Positions 49,954 to 64,000 of a DNA stretch of 64,000 nt are shown here, piece by piece. Positions within the stretch are counted from its first letter, which is position 1. Each line of letters begins with the position of its first letter. Source of the stretch: Piromyces finnis finn (taxonomy: Eukaryota; Fungi; Neocallimastigomycota). A program made the translations under genes and the position numbers. The notes beneath the pieces were generated by a model, which did no database searches, was not told the DNA's origin, and saw nothing but the letters and a program-made list of their open reading frames with translations. Location of the stretch: NCBI GenBank assembly GCA_002104945.1, contig MCFH01000019.1:496001-560000 (forward strand), in the 5' to 3' direction.

Positions 49954-51904
49954 ATTTCATTAAAAGCTTGATGGCATCAAAAATCTAGTAAACTTAATAA
50001 TAATAGCATTTAAAAAAAATAAAGTTCATAAAATTAGCAACAAACGAAAAGAAAAATTAAACCTCAATTAAAATTTAAAAAAATAAAAAAAGATTTAAAT
50101 TAAGAAAAAAAAAAACATTTTAAACATTTAAAAATAAACAAAAATTTAAACCCATAGTGGAAATAGAAAAAATAATTCAATACTTTAAAAGTCATTGGTT
50201 TAAAACATTTTTTCATTCATTATCAAAAATAATAATAATAATAATAAAAAAAACAGCAAACTTTTTTTTTTTTTTTGATGCCATTAAACACACACACAAA
50301 AAAGAAGTTATACACTTACCGTTTAGTTTAGTACACTTACTTTAGTAAGATAAAAGAAAAAATAGTAATTAAATTGACATTGCCAAAAAAAAAAAAAAAT
50401 TACTTTTTTTCATTTATTTTTTTTTATCAATTTTTATTTCACCTTTATTTAATATATAAATATTAATACAATTAAGCGATTAAGTTAAATACCCAAAATA
50501 AATTAATGTTTAGTATAATATAAATAAATAAATAAATTAATAATAATAATATATAAAAAAAAAAACGGAAATAAAAATATATAAAATATTTTTTTTTCTA
50601 TAAAAAAAAAAAAAAGGTAAATATTTGATATATAAATATAACTGTAATTGATTGATTAAGAATAGAATTAATATATTTTTCTAACGCATATATTAATAAT
50701 AATTCTAAACAATTGATACTATCTAATATTTACTAAAAAAAAAAAAAAAAAAATACTATTTCTATAAAAATATATAGTTTTATATGTAGAAGTGGTTGAT
50801 TTCTTTTTTATATATACATATAATGTTTAAGAAATGAGAAACAAAAAAAAAAAAAGAAAAAGATAATACACCTAATTTCTATTAATAAAATAATAAAATA
50901 ATAAAATATTAAATTATAATTAAAATTATAATAAAGTGTTTTATAAAATGATATTTAAAATATTAAACACTAATATAATAATAAAAAAGTAATGATATTT
51001 ATTATACTTTATTATTTTAAATTATTTAAAATTGGATGTTCTATTCAGATTTAGAATATTGTATTTTATACATGGTATATGGTTTTATAATGGATTATTC
51101 TTCTTTAAAAGAAGATAGTTATAAAATATTTATACAGCATCTAATCTTCATTTTATTTATTAAAATATTGACATGTTTTTTATTTAATTAATCAATAAAC
51201 TTTATTTCTATTAAAGTTTTTTAATGTAACACAAAATAAATGAATTTTAAAAGTGAAATGAAATGTTTAAATGAAAAAATACAAACTATAAGCTATATAA
51301 TATTATTATATTATAATAATATATGTTGATGGTGGTGCTTTCCTTTATATATATATATATATAATTAAAAAAATGTATCTTATGATAAAAATTAATTTTC
51401 AACAATATTGTTAAAATAAATCTATTTCAAACATTACATATTTTTAAATTTCTTTTTCTTTTTTTTTCTTAGCATTTTATATATTTTTAACAATGTTTTT
51501 TTTTTCTTTTTATATACTTATTATAAATTATACTAATACTATCATTATAATATATCAATATTACATTTTTTTAATACAACTACAACTATAATTTGTATAG
51601 CATTAACGCTTTAATATTAAAAGATAAAATTATATATTTCACAACAATATACTTCATAAAACTATAAAAAATTATTTTATAAATTCTTGATAATTTTATA
51701 AATTATAAATTTATGAAATAATATATAAATTATAATTTTATAAATTATAAATATGTGAAATAATATTATATCTCACATATTATTTCTTCATTATATGTAT
51801 AGAATGGAACATTTCTTCTATTATTTCCTCATTATTTATTATGCGTAGATATAGTAGGTAAATTCTTTATATTTTACGGATGCATAGTTAATACGGCAAA
51901 TTTT

Positions 51905-52380
51905 TATGGTAGGTAGTATAAGTAGAATATAGATGGAATATAGGTGGAATATAGGTGGAATAGTATGGTAGAATATAGGTAGAATAGTACGGTAGAATAT
52001 TATAGGGTATAATAGTACAGGTTAGAATAGTATAGGGTAGAATAATATAGGGTAGATCAATTAATGTAATTATGAACAAATTCTTGATGGTGGAGTTTTC
52101 ATAAGCAATAAGGTATAATAAATGAATAATTAATTTATTCCTTCCTTAAAACATTTATTATTCATTTATTATACCTTATTGCTTATGAAAACTCCACCAT
52201 CAAGAATTTGTTCATAATAATACAGGTTAGAATAATATGGTAGAATAATATAGGGTAGAATAATATAAGGTAGATCAATTAATGTAACTATGAACAAATT
52301 CTTGATGGTAGAGTTTTGATAGGCAATAAGGTATAATAAATGGATAATAAATGTTTTAAGGAAGAAATAAATTAATTATT
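51905..52380. repeat. Degenerate GGTAGAATA(A)TATA minisatellite plus a forward/inverted/forward triplicated unit
   Basis: Perfect 62-bp inverted repeat at 52069-52130 / 52157-52218, and a third, slightly diverged forward copy at ~52289-52380. Confidence 0.9.
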
Positions 52381-53743
52381 ATAAATGTTCGTTTGTTTTT
52401 TTTCAAAAAAAAAAAATGAATGAGATTTTGTTCAATTTATATACATTTTAAAGAGTTAGTTAATAGTTTTATTTATAATTTATTGATTAAAAGTTATAAT
52501 AAAAAAAAATTACTTTAAATATCATTAAAAAAATCATTGATGGAAAATTAATATATAAAACTTAATATTAAGAGCTATTTTTAAAAAAGTAATCTACCAA
52601 AAGTTTAAAAATTTTATTGGTATATATTTTTTGATAAAAAAAGAAATGAAATGATTTAGTAAATAAAAATTGTTAACACCTCTAAAAATATATCATTTTT
52701 CATTTTTTATTTTATTTTTTTTTTTTTTAACGTTTATTATTATTTTTATATTATTTATAAAAATGGGCAATTCAGTTTTGTTTACCTAAATATATATATA
52801 TATATAAATTAAAAAGAAGACTTCTTTTTTTCTAATAAAATAGACATATCATATATTAAAAAGAAGATTTCTTTTTTTTTTTTGAAATATTAATATACTA
52901 TATATAACTATCAAAATGTAAATATTTACTAAAGAATAAATTATCTTATTTTAAAATAATATAATCATGTATTAAAAGAAAATGTTTCTATGTAATAATA
53001 TATAAATATTTACCAGGATAAAATGAATAATCTTTTTTTTTATTTTTATTATTATTTATTTGATTTTAAATTAAATATATATTAAAAGAAGGTGTTCTTT
53101 TCTTCTTTAAACTTATAATAAATAATTATCCTAAACATTTTTGAAATTCTTGCCAGAAGAAACTTGACCTTAGCCAGATTTTTAGCTAGGAAATTTTCAA
53201 AAAAAAAAATTGGTATCAAAGATAAATATTAATTCATCCTACAATCCATAAATAAAGATTCAAAAAATTAAATAAAATAAACTTATTCACGAAAAAATGT
53301 TTACACTTTTATGGAACTTGATATAAATAAATAATAATAAAACAATTAAAATGTTTTTTTTTTTTTTTTTTTAAATAATTTTTTATTCTTTTTTTTTTTT
53401 TTAAAAAAAAAAAATATAATTTTGTATGTTTCCGATATACCACAATAACATATATTTATAATTTTCTTAAAAAAAAAAATAAGATCATAATAAATAAATT
53501 ATAAAATGATTTTTTTTCTAAAAAAAAAAAAAAGAAAAAAAAAAAGAAAAGTATAACATTAATAGTTTATAACTGTAGATTAAAATAGGTTTTATAATAA
53601 AATAAGAAATGACATTTTGCTTTATTATATGATCTAAAAATTTTTATCCAGAGTTTAAATAAAATAAATTACTAAAATTGATAACTATAATAAAATATAT
53701 AAAAAAAAAAAGATTTAAACATATTAATTATCTAAAAATGTGT

Positions 53744-56700
53744 TTATTTCTTGTTGTTATTCTTTTTCTTATTGTTTGATGGCTTAATACCCTTTCTTTT
53801 GAGTCTCTTTTCTTCTTCAGCTATATTAATTAATATTATTAAAAAATTATTGGATTCATTTAATAATTGTTCATATAAAAATTCATATTAATAACAATTA
53901 AATGTATAATACTATAAATTCTTTATTAAATATTTTATAAAAATAATAGTTTACCCTTTATTATTTTAGCATCTTCTTCATCATCGAATTTAATTTCTTC
54001 TTCAACAACAGTATTTTCTTCAACATCTTTTTCTTCTTCATCTTCTTCCTTATTAACCTTTGGAATCTTATTAGAAAATTTCTTAAACTTAGAAACGTAG
54101 AAACCATCCATGTTATGAGTGTGTGGGTAGTATCTTCTAGTTAACTTTAATGATGGATTGAAAGTCTTTCCACGGAAACTATGTTTTTTGGGAAAAAAAG
54201 ACATTAAAAAATTAATATTTTTATTAAAATTAAAAAGAATAAAATAAATCTAGTGGTAACCTATTAATCTATTCATAAAATTTTTACCTAGTAAAACCTT
54301 CCTTTCCGAAATCAAGACCAGTTGGAACTAATTTAACATTTGGACGTTTTCTTAAGGCATAGTTAACAACTTCTTCATCTTCTTCAACAGTAATAGAACA
54401 AGTGGAGTAAACAATGTAACCACCAGTCTTTGAATTGGCATCAACAGAATCAATAGCACTTAAAAGTAATTCTTTTTGAATTTGGGTAACCATTTGGAAA
54501 TCTTGTTCAGACTTGTTAACTTTAACAGATGGATCCTTAGCAATAACACCAGTACCACTACATGGAGCATCAAGAAGAACACGATCAAAACCACCAATAA
54601 CATTTGGGAATTCACGACCATCATAATTACAAACAACAGCATTCTTAATACCAAGACGGTGAATATTGGCAATAACAGCCTTAATTCTATCTTTGTTAGC
54701 ATCGTTAGCAAATACACAACCAGTATTCTTAATTAAGGCAGCTATTATTTTAATAATTAGAATAAATATTCAAAAAAAAAAAAAAATATTGGTTAATTTG
54801 GATCATTATTAAAAAAAAAACCGGTTCATCAATAAATATAGGATTAAAAATATATATTGGATAATTAATTTTGATCATATATATTTTTCATGGAAAAAAA
54901 TTTTTTTTCCTAAAGTAAATTGACGCGTAATACTTACAAATATAAGAGGTTTTACCACCAGGAGCAGAGCACATATCTAAAATTCTTTCATTTTCTTGTG
55001 GTGCAAGAGCCATAACTGGTAAGAAGGAAGAAGCAGCTTGAAGCATATAGTGACCAGCAAGATATTCTGGAGTGGCACCAATTGGTACTGGAGAATCGAA
55101 AATTTGAAGACCAACCTTGGACCATTTACCAATTGGTTCAAGATTGACACCTCTGTTGATAAGAGCTTGAGCTAAATCTCTTCTTCTAGTCTTTAAAGTG
55201 TTAGCACGAATAACAATTGGTCTTGGAACTTCATTAGCTTCAAAGAATTCAATAGCTTCGTTAATTGGGAATAAATCTAAGAATTTACTTAAAAGGTAAT
55301 CATTATAACCATAGTATTGACAGAGATCTTTCTTTAATTGATCCATGTAATCAGTTCTACTCATTTCTGGATCACGCATTTCACGGAAGTTGTTTAAGAT
55401 CTTGATAATATCTTGAATTCTTTGTTGAATGAGTGTTAAATCTGGAGCCATCATAGAATCTTTTTCAATTTCTTGTCCACTAGTTAAAACCATCTTTTCA
55501 GTTTCGGCAACATTAATCTTTAATTCTTCTTCAGCTAACTTTTCATCTTCCTTTTGTCTTTCATCTAATTCTCTAGCTTCTTTTTCAATTTCCAACTTTT
55601 TTAAAGTACAAATGAAAATTTAAATTATTGTTTTATTTTTAAATTAAAATAAAATATTGGTTAAAATATATATTAATATATTATATTAATTTTTCTTTTC
55701 TTTAAATTATATAATAATAGATTGAAATAAAATTATTACCTCTTCTTCTTCTTCTTCTTCATTTTCTTCATCTGAACCAAAGTTGAAGGAAGTCTTCTTA
55801 ATAACATATTCATCATTCTTTTTTAAATATAAAAAATATAAATAAACGATTTAAAATATATAAAATATAATTATTAATAAAAAGATATTATATTTTTATT
55901 TTTTTAAAAAAAAAGAACTTTATAAATAATTCTTTTAGATATTGTATTTTTCTTTTGAAAAAAAAAACAATTTATATAAATTCTGCAGTTTTCATTCAAT
56001 TTTAAATATTAAATTTTTAGAATTAATTTTTTAAATTCATATTTTTATATGGTTTGACTTGATAATTCAAAAAATCTACATTACTATAAATTCAATATCA
56101 TAATTTATCGTCATTATTGTTATATCAAATTTTTCAATTAAATAAAAAAGGACAAAGATGATTTTATTTTCTTCTAGTAAAAAATTACTCTCTTAACTAT
56201 TAAATATTTTTTGATGATTTTTCTGTTTTATTTTCAAAAGAAAAATACTAATCAAATGATTATCAAAAATATTTTCATTAAATTGAATTACTCACATCTA
56301 CATCATCAAATTCATCAATATCATCGAATTCATCATCCTCATCATCATCTTGTATAGTTTCAACATTATCCCAGGATTCATCATCAATTTTATTATTTCT
56401 CTTAATGACAAATTCTTCTTCATCATCTTCCTTCTTTTGTGCTTTTTCCTTCTTTGGTTGTTGTGGTTGTTTCTTTGGTGGATTCTTTGCTTTCTGAGCT
56501 TGAGCCTTCTTAGCTCTGATTTTATTTTAATTTATTTTTATTTTTTTTGTAAATGTTATTTTTGTTATTATTATTATTATAAAATGATTGATTTAAAGGA
56601 AATAATAATAAAAAAAAAGAGAAAACAAAAGTTTATTGGTGTATGTGTTGATAAATTGAATTAAAAATATTATATTTAAAATTTTTAAAATTAAATTCAT

Positions 56701-57011
56701 TGATAGCATTTCCATTTGATTATTTTTAAAAGATTTTAAAAATCCAAATATATAATAGTATACATTTTATTTTTATGTTTAGAAATAATATAAAAAAATT
56801 AATAAAATTATATATATTGTTATAATTTTGAATAATTTTTCTTTTATATATACATATATACATTTACAAATTTATATTTAATTATTAATAATCAAATTTT
56901 AATAAAGTAATACCTCTTGTTTTTATTATTATTTGATTCTGAACTTTTTCTCTTAAGAGTTTGTTCTAATGGAAGTGGATCGGCTTGCTTATTCTTTGCT
57001 CTTCTACCCAT
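53744..57011 (-). CDS. NOP2: 25S rRNA (cytosine-C5)-methyltransferase Nop2, multi-exon
   Basis: MGRRAKNKQ start at 57011. Motifs [54 protein letters not shown] and [17 protein letters not shown]. About 7 GT-AG exons; stop at 53744-53746. Confidence 0.95.
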
Positions 57012-58579
57012 TTTTTCTTCTTTTATATATGTATTATGAATTAAAATATGATAGTGATAATAATAAAAAAATGTAAAGTTTTTTTTTCTATAACAAAAAA
57101 AAATAAATTAAATTATTTTAAATTAAATAATAGATTAGGCGATAACAAAAAAAATAAATATATAATTATAAAAGAATATATATTATTTTGGTCTATTTTT
57201 CTTGTTTCTTTTATAATATTAAATGGTATAATTAAGTTTTTACTTTGTTTAAAAAAAAAAAGTAAAATGATATTTTTTAATATGAAATAAAATAAAAGAA
57301 ATTTTAAAAAAAAAATTTTTTTTTAATAAATTTTTAAAATCACAAAAAAATTAATATATGGTTATATATTAATGTAATATATTGAAATATATTGTAATAA
57401 ATTAATAATTTATTTATGTATACAACAATTTATATAAAATCTATTACATTAATGTAATGTAAAAAAATAATTTTTATTCTTTTAAAATAAAAAGATTTAA
57501 ATAATAATACTAATTTTTTTTTACAATTTATTCACTATTAGTTATTATTTAAAATTAATTATTTCTTATACTCTAACCCTATTTATTATGATTAAAAAAT
57601 AAAAAATATTACAACACTTTACAATAAATATGGATAATGTAAAAAAAAAACTTTTTTAAAATTTCAATGTATTTTATTCGTAGATTTTTACATTATAAAA
57701 ATATGATTGGTTATAAATAAAATTTGGAATTTAAAAAAAAAAAAAATTAAAGATGAATGTAAGTTTAAAAAAAAATTAAAATTTATGTACAAATAATGTT
57801 TTATTGTATACATTATCTTAACAATGTAAAGTGGATCATCCAAGTTTGATTTTTTATTCTTTAATTAATTTCTTAGGTGGAGAGTTGAAGAAGGAAGAGA
57901 ATGAAATGAAAATAAGGTGATTACATTATTAGGAATAAAATACAATAAATTATAAATTATTTAATATTAATAATATTAGAAATACAAAAAAAATTTATTA
58001 AAAAAAAGTTTTAGTAGATTATAAAGTGACATTCAATAGCCTTTTATTTTTTTTTTTTTTAATCTAACTTGATGAATTATTATTTTGATAAATAATTTTT
58101 CCCAAAAAAAAAGGATGTAAATACTTTTTTCATAATTCATTACACTGAAATAGTGTTATATATTATTATTAAATGATTAAAATTATTATTAATAAAATCA
58201 TATACTGGTTAAATTCATATAATTATACAACTATTAAGTATTAAAATTAGCATCTTCTTCATTATTTCTATTAATACTACAACTATTATACTACTATTAT
58301 TATTAAAACTGTCATTATTTATTATTGTTAGTTATTACTACTATTACTATTAATATTTTTTTTTCTTTTTAAGAAATTGGGATACAGTTTTTTTAACCTT
58401 TGAAAAAAAAATTAAAAATCTTCATATAATAAAAAAAAATAATTTAATAACATTATTCATTCTAATCTGTCATTAAACTATTCCCTTTTTTTTTTTTTTT
58501 TTATATACTACGTATATGTATAGACCTATATATATAGTATATATAAGAATAATAATTTCTAAAAAGTTTAAAGTTGATT

Positions 58580-59500
58580 TTTTTATTAGATGAAAAAAAA
58601 AATATATACTTCTTTTTGTATTTATTTAATTTATAAAATTTACATTATTTTGACTGTGATATTTCACATTAATAATTATAATTAATAATATTACTATAAT
58701 AAATAATAAATAATAAAATATAGAAATATAAATATTAAAATAAAGTATAAAAAAAATTTAAAGCTACATAATTACATAATAGTTTTGCTAAACTTTTAAA
58801 ATTTATATTGCATGAAGAATTGGTTCCTATCTAATAAATTAGATAAAATAATAAAAAAAAAGGGAAAAATAATATTAAATAGATAGAATAGTATAGTGTT
58901 CATTAAACTCTTTCATGAGTTTTTTAATGTTTTTTTTTTTTTGAATGAATGAATGAATGAAAAAAAAACTAACATTAAACCTTTGTGTATGAAACATTAG
59001 GAATATTTCTTTGACATATCAATACAATGTCGAGGTACTTAACCAGATAGGGTAAACTTACTAAAACTTATCAAAAAAGTAGTTTCATAAAAATTACTAA
59101 TAATAGAAATTGTTTTGGTAAGAAAAGTCGAGAGATCATCTATACATGAAACATGAGACCTCGATAAACTGTAAAGTAAAGTTGATCATTCAAATGTCTT
59201 TATTCCGCCTCATCCAATTGACAATAAAATACCATCAAGAAGGAATATAAATAAATAGAATTATAAATTATTTTATTTTTTCTTACTTTCATTTCAGGCG
59301 GGAGGATACTAAGACAGTCAAGAAAGGATAATTCTATTTAATAATAATAGTAAATTCTGGTAATTTTTTTTTCATAACCGCAGCCAATATGAATTATTCA
59401 AATAATTCTAAAAATTGAGATTAATTTTTTTTTTTGAAATCAATAAACGTTAAGTAGATTTAAATTAAGAAGATTATGGATAGTATATCTGAGGGTTTTA
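58580..59500 (-). mobile_element. Old LINE 3'-end relic (copy A)
   Basis: Diverged homolog of 59660-60450. Shared blocks include TAGAATAGT..GTG.TCA.TAAACTCT..CATGAGTT, CAAGAAGGAA, TTTTCATAACCGCA and GATTTAAATTAAGAA..AGTATATCTGAGG. Confidence 0.6.
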
Positions 59501-59659
59501 CTATCATTTTCATTGAAATTACTCATTTTTTTAAATAAAGTTCTTTAATGTAATATTAATTTTAATACTTTTCTTTATTATATATAATAATAAAGATTCA
59601 TTAGCTCCAGAATAATTAGACATGGGTGAAGCGAGGAATAAATCAAATATGATTTTTTT

Positions 59660-60450
59660 TTTAGACTAGGAAAAGAATACACTTCTTCTTGTATTTATTT
59701 ATTTAATTTGAAATATTACATTATATTAGGTGATAATACATATTGATATAATAAATGATAAATAAAAATAATAAAATATATATATATAAATATAAATAAA
59801 AAAATAAAATAAAATAATTATTAAAGTTGCATAAAAGTTCAATAAACTCTGTAATTCGTACTGTGTGGGATTAAATAAAAAAGAAAAGTAACATCAGGTA
59901 GAATAGTGTGGTGTCCACTAAACTCTCCCATGAGTTCATAATGTTTTCATTCGAAGAACTGTAAAGCTATTCATTCAAATATCTTTGTTCCGCCTTATCG
60001 ATTTGTAGCTCATCATCAGCTAAAGTTCCACCAAGAAGGAACGTAAAAATATAATTATAAATTGTTTTTCTTACTTCCATTTCAAGGAGTAAGTGATGAA
60101 TTGATTATTTGAATTTATTTTGAAAAAAAAAGGGTAAAAAGATCGTCAAGAAAGTTAAGTGAAGAAGTTTTGTATTCAGAGAATGCAGAACACCTCTAAA
60201 ATCCAATGATATAAAAATTGCTCATCATATCCGTAACATGGACAAACACGAGGACAGTCAGGGGTAACTCTATTACTGGCAATAGCAATTATGGTAGTAT
60301 TTTCATAACCGCATCGAATACGAATAATCCAAGTAATTCCTAAAATTTAAGTGAGGTTTGTTGAGACCGATAGGCATTAGGCGATTTAAATTAAGAAATT
60401 TATTGTTAGTATATCTGAGGGCTTTACTTCCATTATTTAGGCTACTTTTT
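59660..60450 (-). mobile_element. Old LINE 3'-end relic (copy B) with ORF2 C-terminal zinc-knuckle remnant
   Basis: Minus-strand translation LGITWIIRIRCGYE...PDCPRVCPCYGYDEQFLYHWILE (C..C...H-type knuckle remnant), then FTFLLGG, as in the FLLGG of the 60.7-61 kb LINE tail. Confidence 0.7.
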
Positions 60451-60699
60451 TTTTTTTTAACGGCATCAAATACTTTTAAACTTTATTATTAATTTAATTA
60501 AAATTATAATACATATAATAAAAAAATAAAATTAAAAATAAAAATAAAAAAATATGTTTAAATAAATACAAATGAATAAAAATTGGGTATAATGTATTCT
60601 AGTAATTTTAATTAAAGTAAGAAAGCCACTATTCTACTAAAGTATAATAATTGTATTTGACTTCTAATGGGACACCGAGCCAAAAATCAAAATTTTGTT

Positions 60700-63173
60700 A
60701 TGAAATAAAATTATGATTTGCATTAGTTGCACTGGCCCTTCTGGCCTGTCTTACTGTTTCTTCAGCATTGACGTTCTTGGATGCTGCTTCAAACCTTTTG
60801 AACATTGACCGTTGCTGACCAATAGCAAAAGGCATGATTTTGGTTAGAAATTCCGCAGTTACCATCAAGAATGGTGTTCCTTCATTAGTGCCAGATTGAA
60901 TCTGACACTTGCAAAGTTCTTTCTATTCCCTTGAATTGCAATTGATATTAGTAAAACTTCTTCCCCCAAGAAGGAATTTAAATATTTTATTGCCCACATT
61001 ATAATAATCATACACATTAATATCCACCGGATTATTAGAACTATTACTATTATTAATTAAATTACTATCTATTGTTATCATTACTAATATTATTATTTCT
61101 ACTACTACTATTGTTATTATTACTATTGTTACCATTATTATTACTATAAAGGAATAGGAATATTAGGATTTCTTAAGAATTTACAGACTGAAAAAAGTCC
61201 TTTCAAAACCTTGTTATTAAGAATTTTAATAACTGGTTTAAGGGACAAATTCTTATCAAATAAAACACCAAGATAAGTGTGGCAATCAGTAGTTGGAATG
61301 GGTTGTCCTGCTAAGTAGAATGTTGGATCTTTCTTGTTCTGATATTCAACTGATTCAGGACGAATCACCATCGTTGAACATTTCTAGATATCAAATTCCA
61401 TTTCATTATACAAAATTAATTCTTCTTTGCATTTTTTTTAAGCATCCTCTTGATGGAGCACAAATAACTATATCATCTGCAAAAAGTCCACCACTGCATC
61501 GAGTGCCACCTAAACTGACTCTGAGGTCTTCACACTCTTTAAATATATTATTAATAAAGAGATTAAAAGGAGTAGGAGAAAATGGGCAACCTTGACGGAC
61601 TCCTTTCTTCACATCAAACATGAAATGAATCCAGTATTGTTTCTATTCCTAAGAAGGGTAATTTGACAAATTGTGATAACTACCATGGTATATCACTTAT
61701 CAATAATGGTAGTAAGTTGATTTCAAAAATTGTCATCACTAGAATCTCAGAATATGGTCTTAAGAATAATTTCATTAGACCTGAACAATTTGGTTTTCGA
61801 AAAAAAGGAAGAAAGTATCAGTCTTTTCATTTCAATCCAAAAAATATGTCGTAGACGTCAATTAGATAATAAAGAGACATATTTAGCTTTTTTAAATCTC
61901 AGGAAAGCCTACAATTCAGTCCCAATCGGTAATATTCTCCATAAATTAGATTGTTTAGGAATCCGAGGTAAGAGTTTACAATTCATCAAAAATTTATATT
62001 TAACATCTAAGGCTAACGTCAAATTAGATGGACAATTCTTGAAATCTAATTTGCATGATCAACATAGATGTTGTGATGACTATGAGGCATATAAACATTT
62101 CCAATCGAGCATTTAAATCTATTCCAAAGGACTAAAAGTATAAATAGAAATAATATACTTTCCAGAGAAGTTTTCAAGTGAAGCTTGACCCGAATTATGA
62201 AAACCTAAATATAAGCCTCTCGTTCCAGGAACCGACTCATCAGCTTTCTTGAAAAAGTGTCTATAGTTTCGCAAAGTAACACGACAAGGATACTTTGTAT
62301 TTGATCCAGAACCATTACCAGTTTCTTGGAGACATAAAAATAATGGTTTAAAGGTAGCTGTGAAATAGCCAATACTATCTCTCTTTTCGTGATTCCACCC
62401 ATTGGTGTTCCAACTAAGACAAAACGAAAAGTTATCAGGCTTGTTGGATGAGGAAGAATTGTTGCTATTATTATTAAAGTCATCATTATTAATGGATGAT
62501 GCATCAGAGGAATAAGTTGAACTATGACTAGATGACTGTGAAACTGAAGAACTATCAATTATTGAGTTGTTATCAAAGTTGATAGAACTATCGGAATTAA
62601 TTGTTGAATGTTGAGATTGAAATTGTGTTTGCTGTAGATCTGGAATATTTTCATGATGGGGAACTTGTTGAAGATTTTGTTGAAGATCTTGTTGAAGATC
62701 GGATTGTTGATGAGATTGTTGAACTGATTGTTGAACTGATTGTTGATGAGATAGTTGAACTGATTGTTGAATTGCTTGTTGAATTGATTGTTGATGTTTA
62801 TTAGAAACTAAAAATTTTACGTTTGAGTGTGGAAAAAGTGTATTTGTGATTCCTTCTACCTACGAGCTGAAAAGGAAATTGAGGTAACTGAAAGTTTCTA
62901 CTTTAACATGTGTAAGATTTTAATACAATCTTTCGATGAACCATGAACCTTGACTAAGAAAAAGTGATCATTGAAAGTCTGAAAATATTTAACACTAATA
63001 ACTGAATTAAATTGATCTTCCAGAATAACCTCGAGTTTTTCCCATAGCATATTAACTGATCATGATCGAATACCACGGATAAAGAAGGAGCGAATATCAT
63101 CTAAGGAGATACCATAAGACCGGGTACCACGTCTGATATAATTCTTATCTTTAATATAAAGGACGACTGACAT
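60700..63173 (-). mobile_element. Rearranged LINE: degenerate ORF1-like region, Gln-rich linker, APE endonuclease, inverted RT N-half, RT C-half, C-terminal tail
   Basis: APE motifs on the minus strand at ~62050-62430: LSWNTNG, LCLQETG, RGLYLG, IGNVYMP. RT N-half on + at 61621-62047: SIVSIPKKG, PEQFGFR, LRKAY. RT C-half on - at 61144-61618: KGVRQGCP.SP, LFADD, YLGV. Tail ~60700-61040. Confidence 0.9.
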
Positions 63174-63639
63174 GATAATTAATTCTAATTAAAAAAAAAT
63201 ATTGAATATAAAATAAATACTAATAAAAATTATATAATATTGTGATGTCTTTAAAATATTCTTTTTTTTTTTTTTTCTTAATATCACTTGTATTATTCAA
63301 AAAAAAAAAAAAAAAAGAGAAAAGAAAAAAGTTAATCAATCAATTAAATTAAAACTCTTTATTATAAATATAACGTATATGGGAAAAAAAATCTGTCTTT
63401 ATCTTCTTAAAAGTACTGGGTAGTACAAAAATTGTTACGATGCTTTGATTAAAATTTCTTTTTTTTTTTTTTTGAATTCTAGTTGTAAGTTTTCTTTAAA
63501 AATTCTAGTTTTGATTTGTTGTTAGTAAATTCGATTCGCTTTTTGACACTAAAATTATTTGACTTTAACTTTCATTAAATATTTAAATTGGTAAAAAAAA
63601 AAATTTTTGAATCAAAAATGTCGATACCAGAAAGCTTAT

Positions 63640-64000
63640 GAATAGTATTTTTACATGATGTAGAGTGAATCCATCTCTTACAAGAAATAATATAACAATA
63701 GCTACATGAATATAAAAATACAATGCAAATGCTAAAGTTGACTACATTAGATTCTTACAAGAGAAGAGTAGTACTACATGAATACATGAATAAAAGAAAA
63801 AATATAGCAACAAAATGTATTACTCTTCTAATTAAATACTCTACAAACTTACCTGAATACCAAACATTCAACTTATTCATCAAATACTTAAATTCGATGG
63901 ATAAATGTTTTTTAATTGCTCAGTACCATGAGCTTAGTCCTAATAATATTTCCAAATAAAGACTAACCAAGCATCCATTGCACAATACTTGGATTTTTTT
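63640..64000 (+). mobile_element. Possible highly degenerate LINE endonuclease remnant
   Basis: One frame gives NITIAT*I..NAKVDYIRFLQE, resembling the APE start (iatWN...LQE), with many stops; cut by the window edge. Confidence 0.3.

Noticed and set aside
62205-62804. ORF-track frames 62205..62558 and 62601..62804 as independent genes
   Set aside because: Off-frame or antisense readings of the LINE endonuclease and its Gln-rich 12-nt repeat linker.

Overview
Extremely AT-rich eukaryotic DNA with GT-AG introns, long (AAT)n and poly-A/T tracts. The gene families point to an anaerobic gut fungus (Neocallimastigomycota); this is inferred from composition, a CBM18 relic and a beta-helix/EGF class C GPCR. 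Spliced host genes: a large class C GPCR-like receptor, a small 7-exon AMPK1_CBM/CBM48-like protein with a 5-nt microexon, an RNI-like LRR protein, a plant-type LRR receptor-like protein, a coiled-coil+ubiquitin-like protein, and NOP2. There are also two divergently transcribed acidic type-I membrane paralogs. Three intronless genes look bacterial (Firmicutes-like): a YhgE/Pip N-terminus at the left edge, an Ogt-type alkyltransferase, and a 610-aa protein with three NEAT-like heme-binding domains around an FMN_bind-like domain that has lost its signal peptide and its flavinylation Thr. Both ends of the window hold many mobile-element relics: two tRNA-derived SINEs with intact TSDs, several LINE relics (one internally inverted, one with a microhomology deletion) and decayed ORFs, including an RZ-finger-like relic. 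All family assignments come from manual translation and motif recognition, not database searches.
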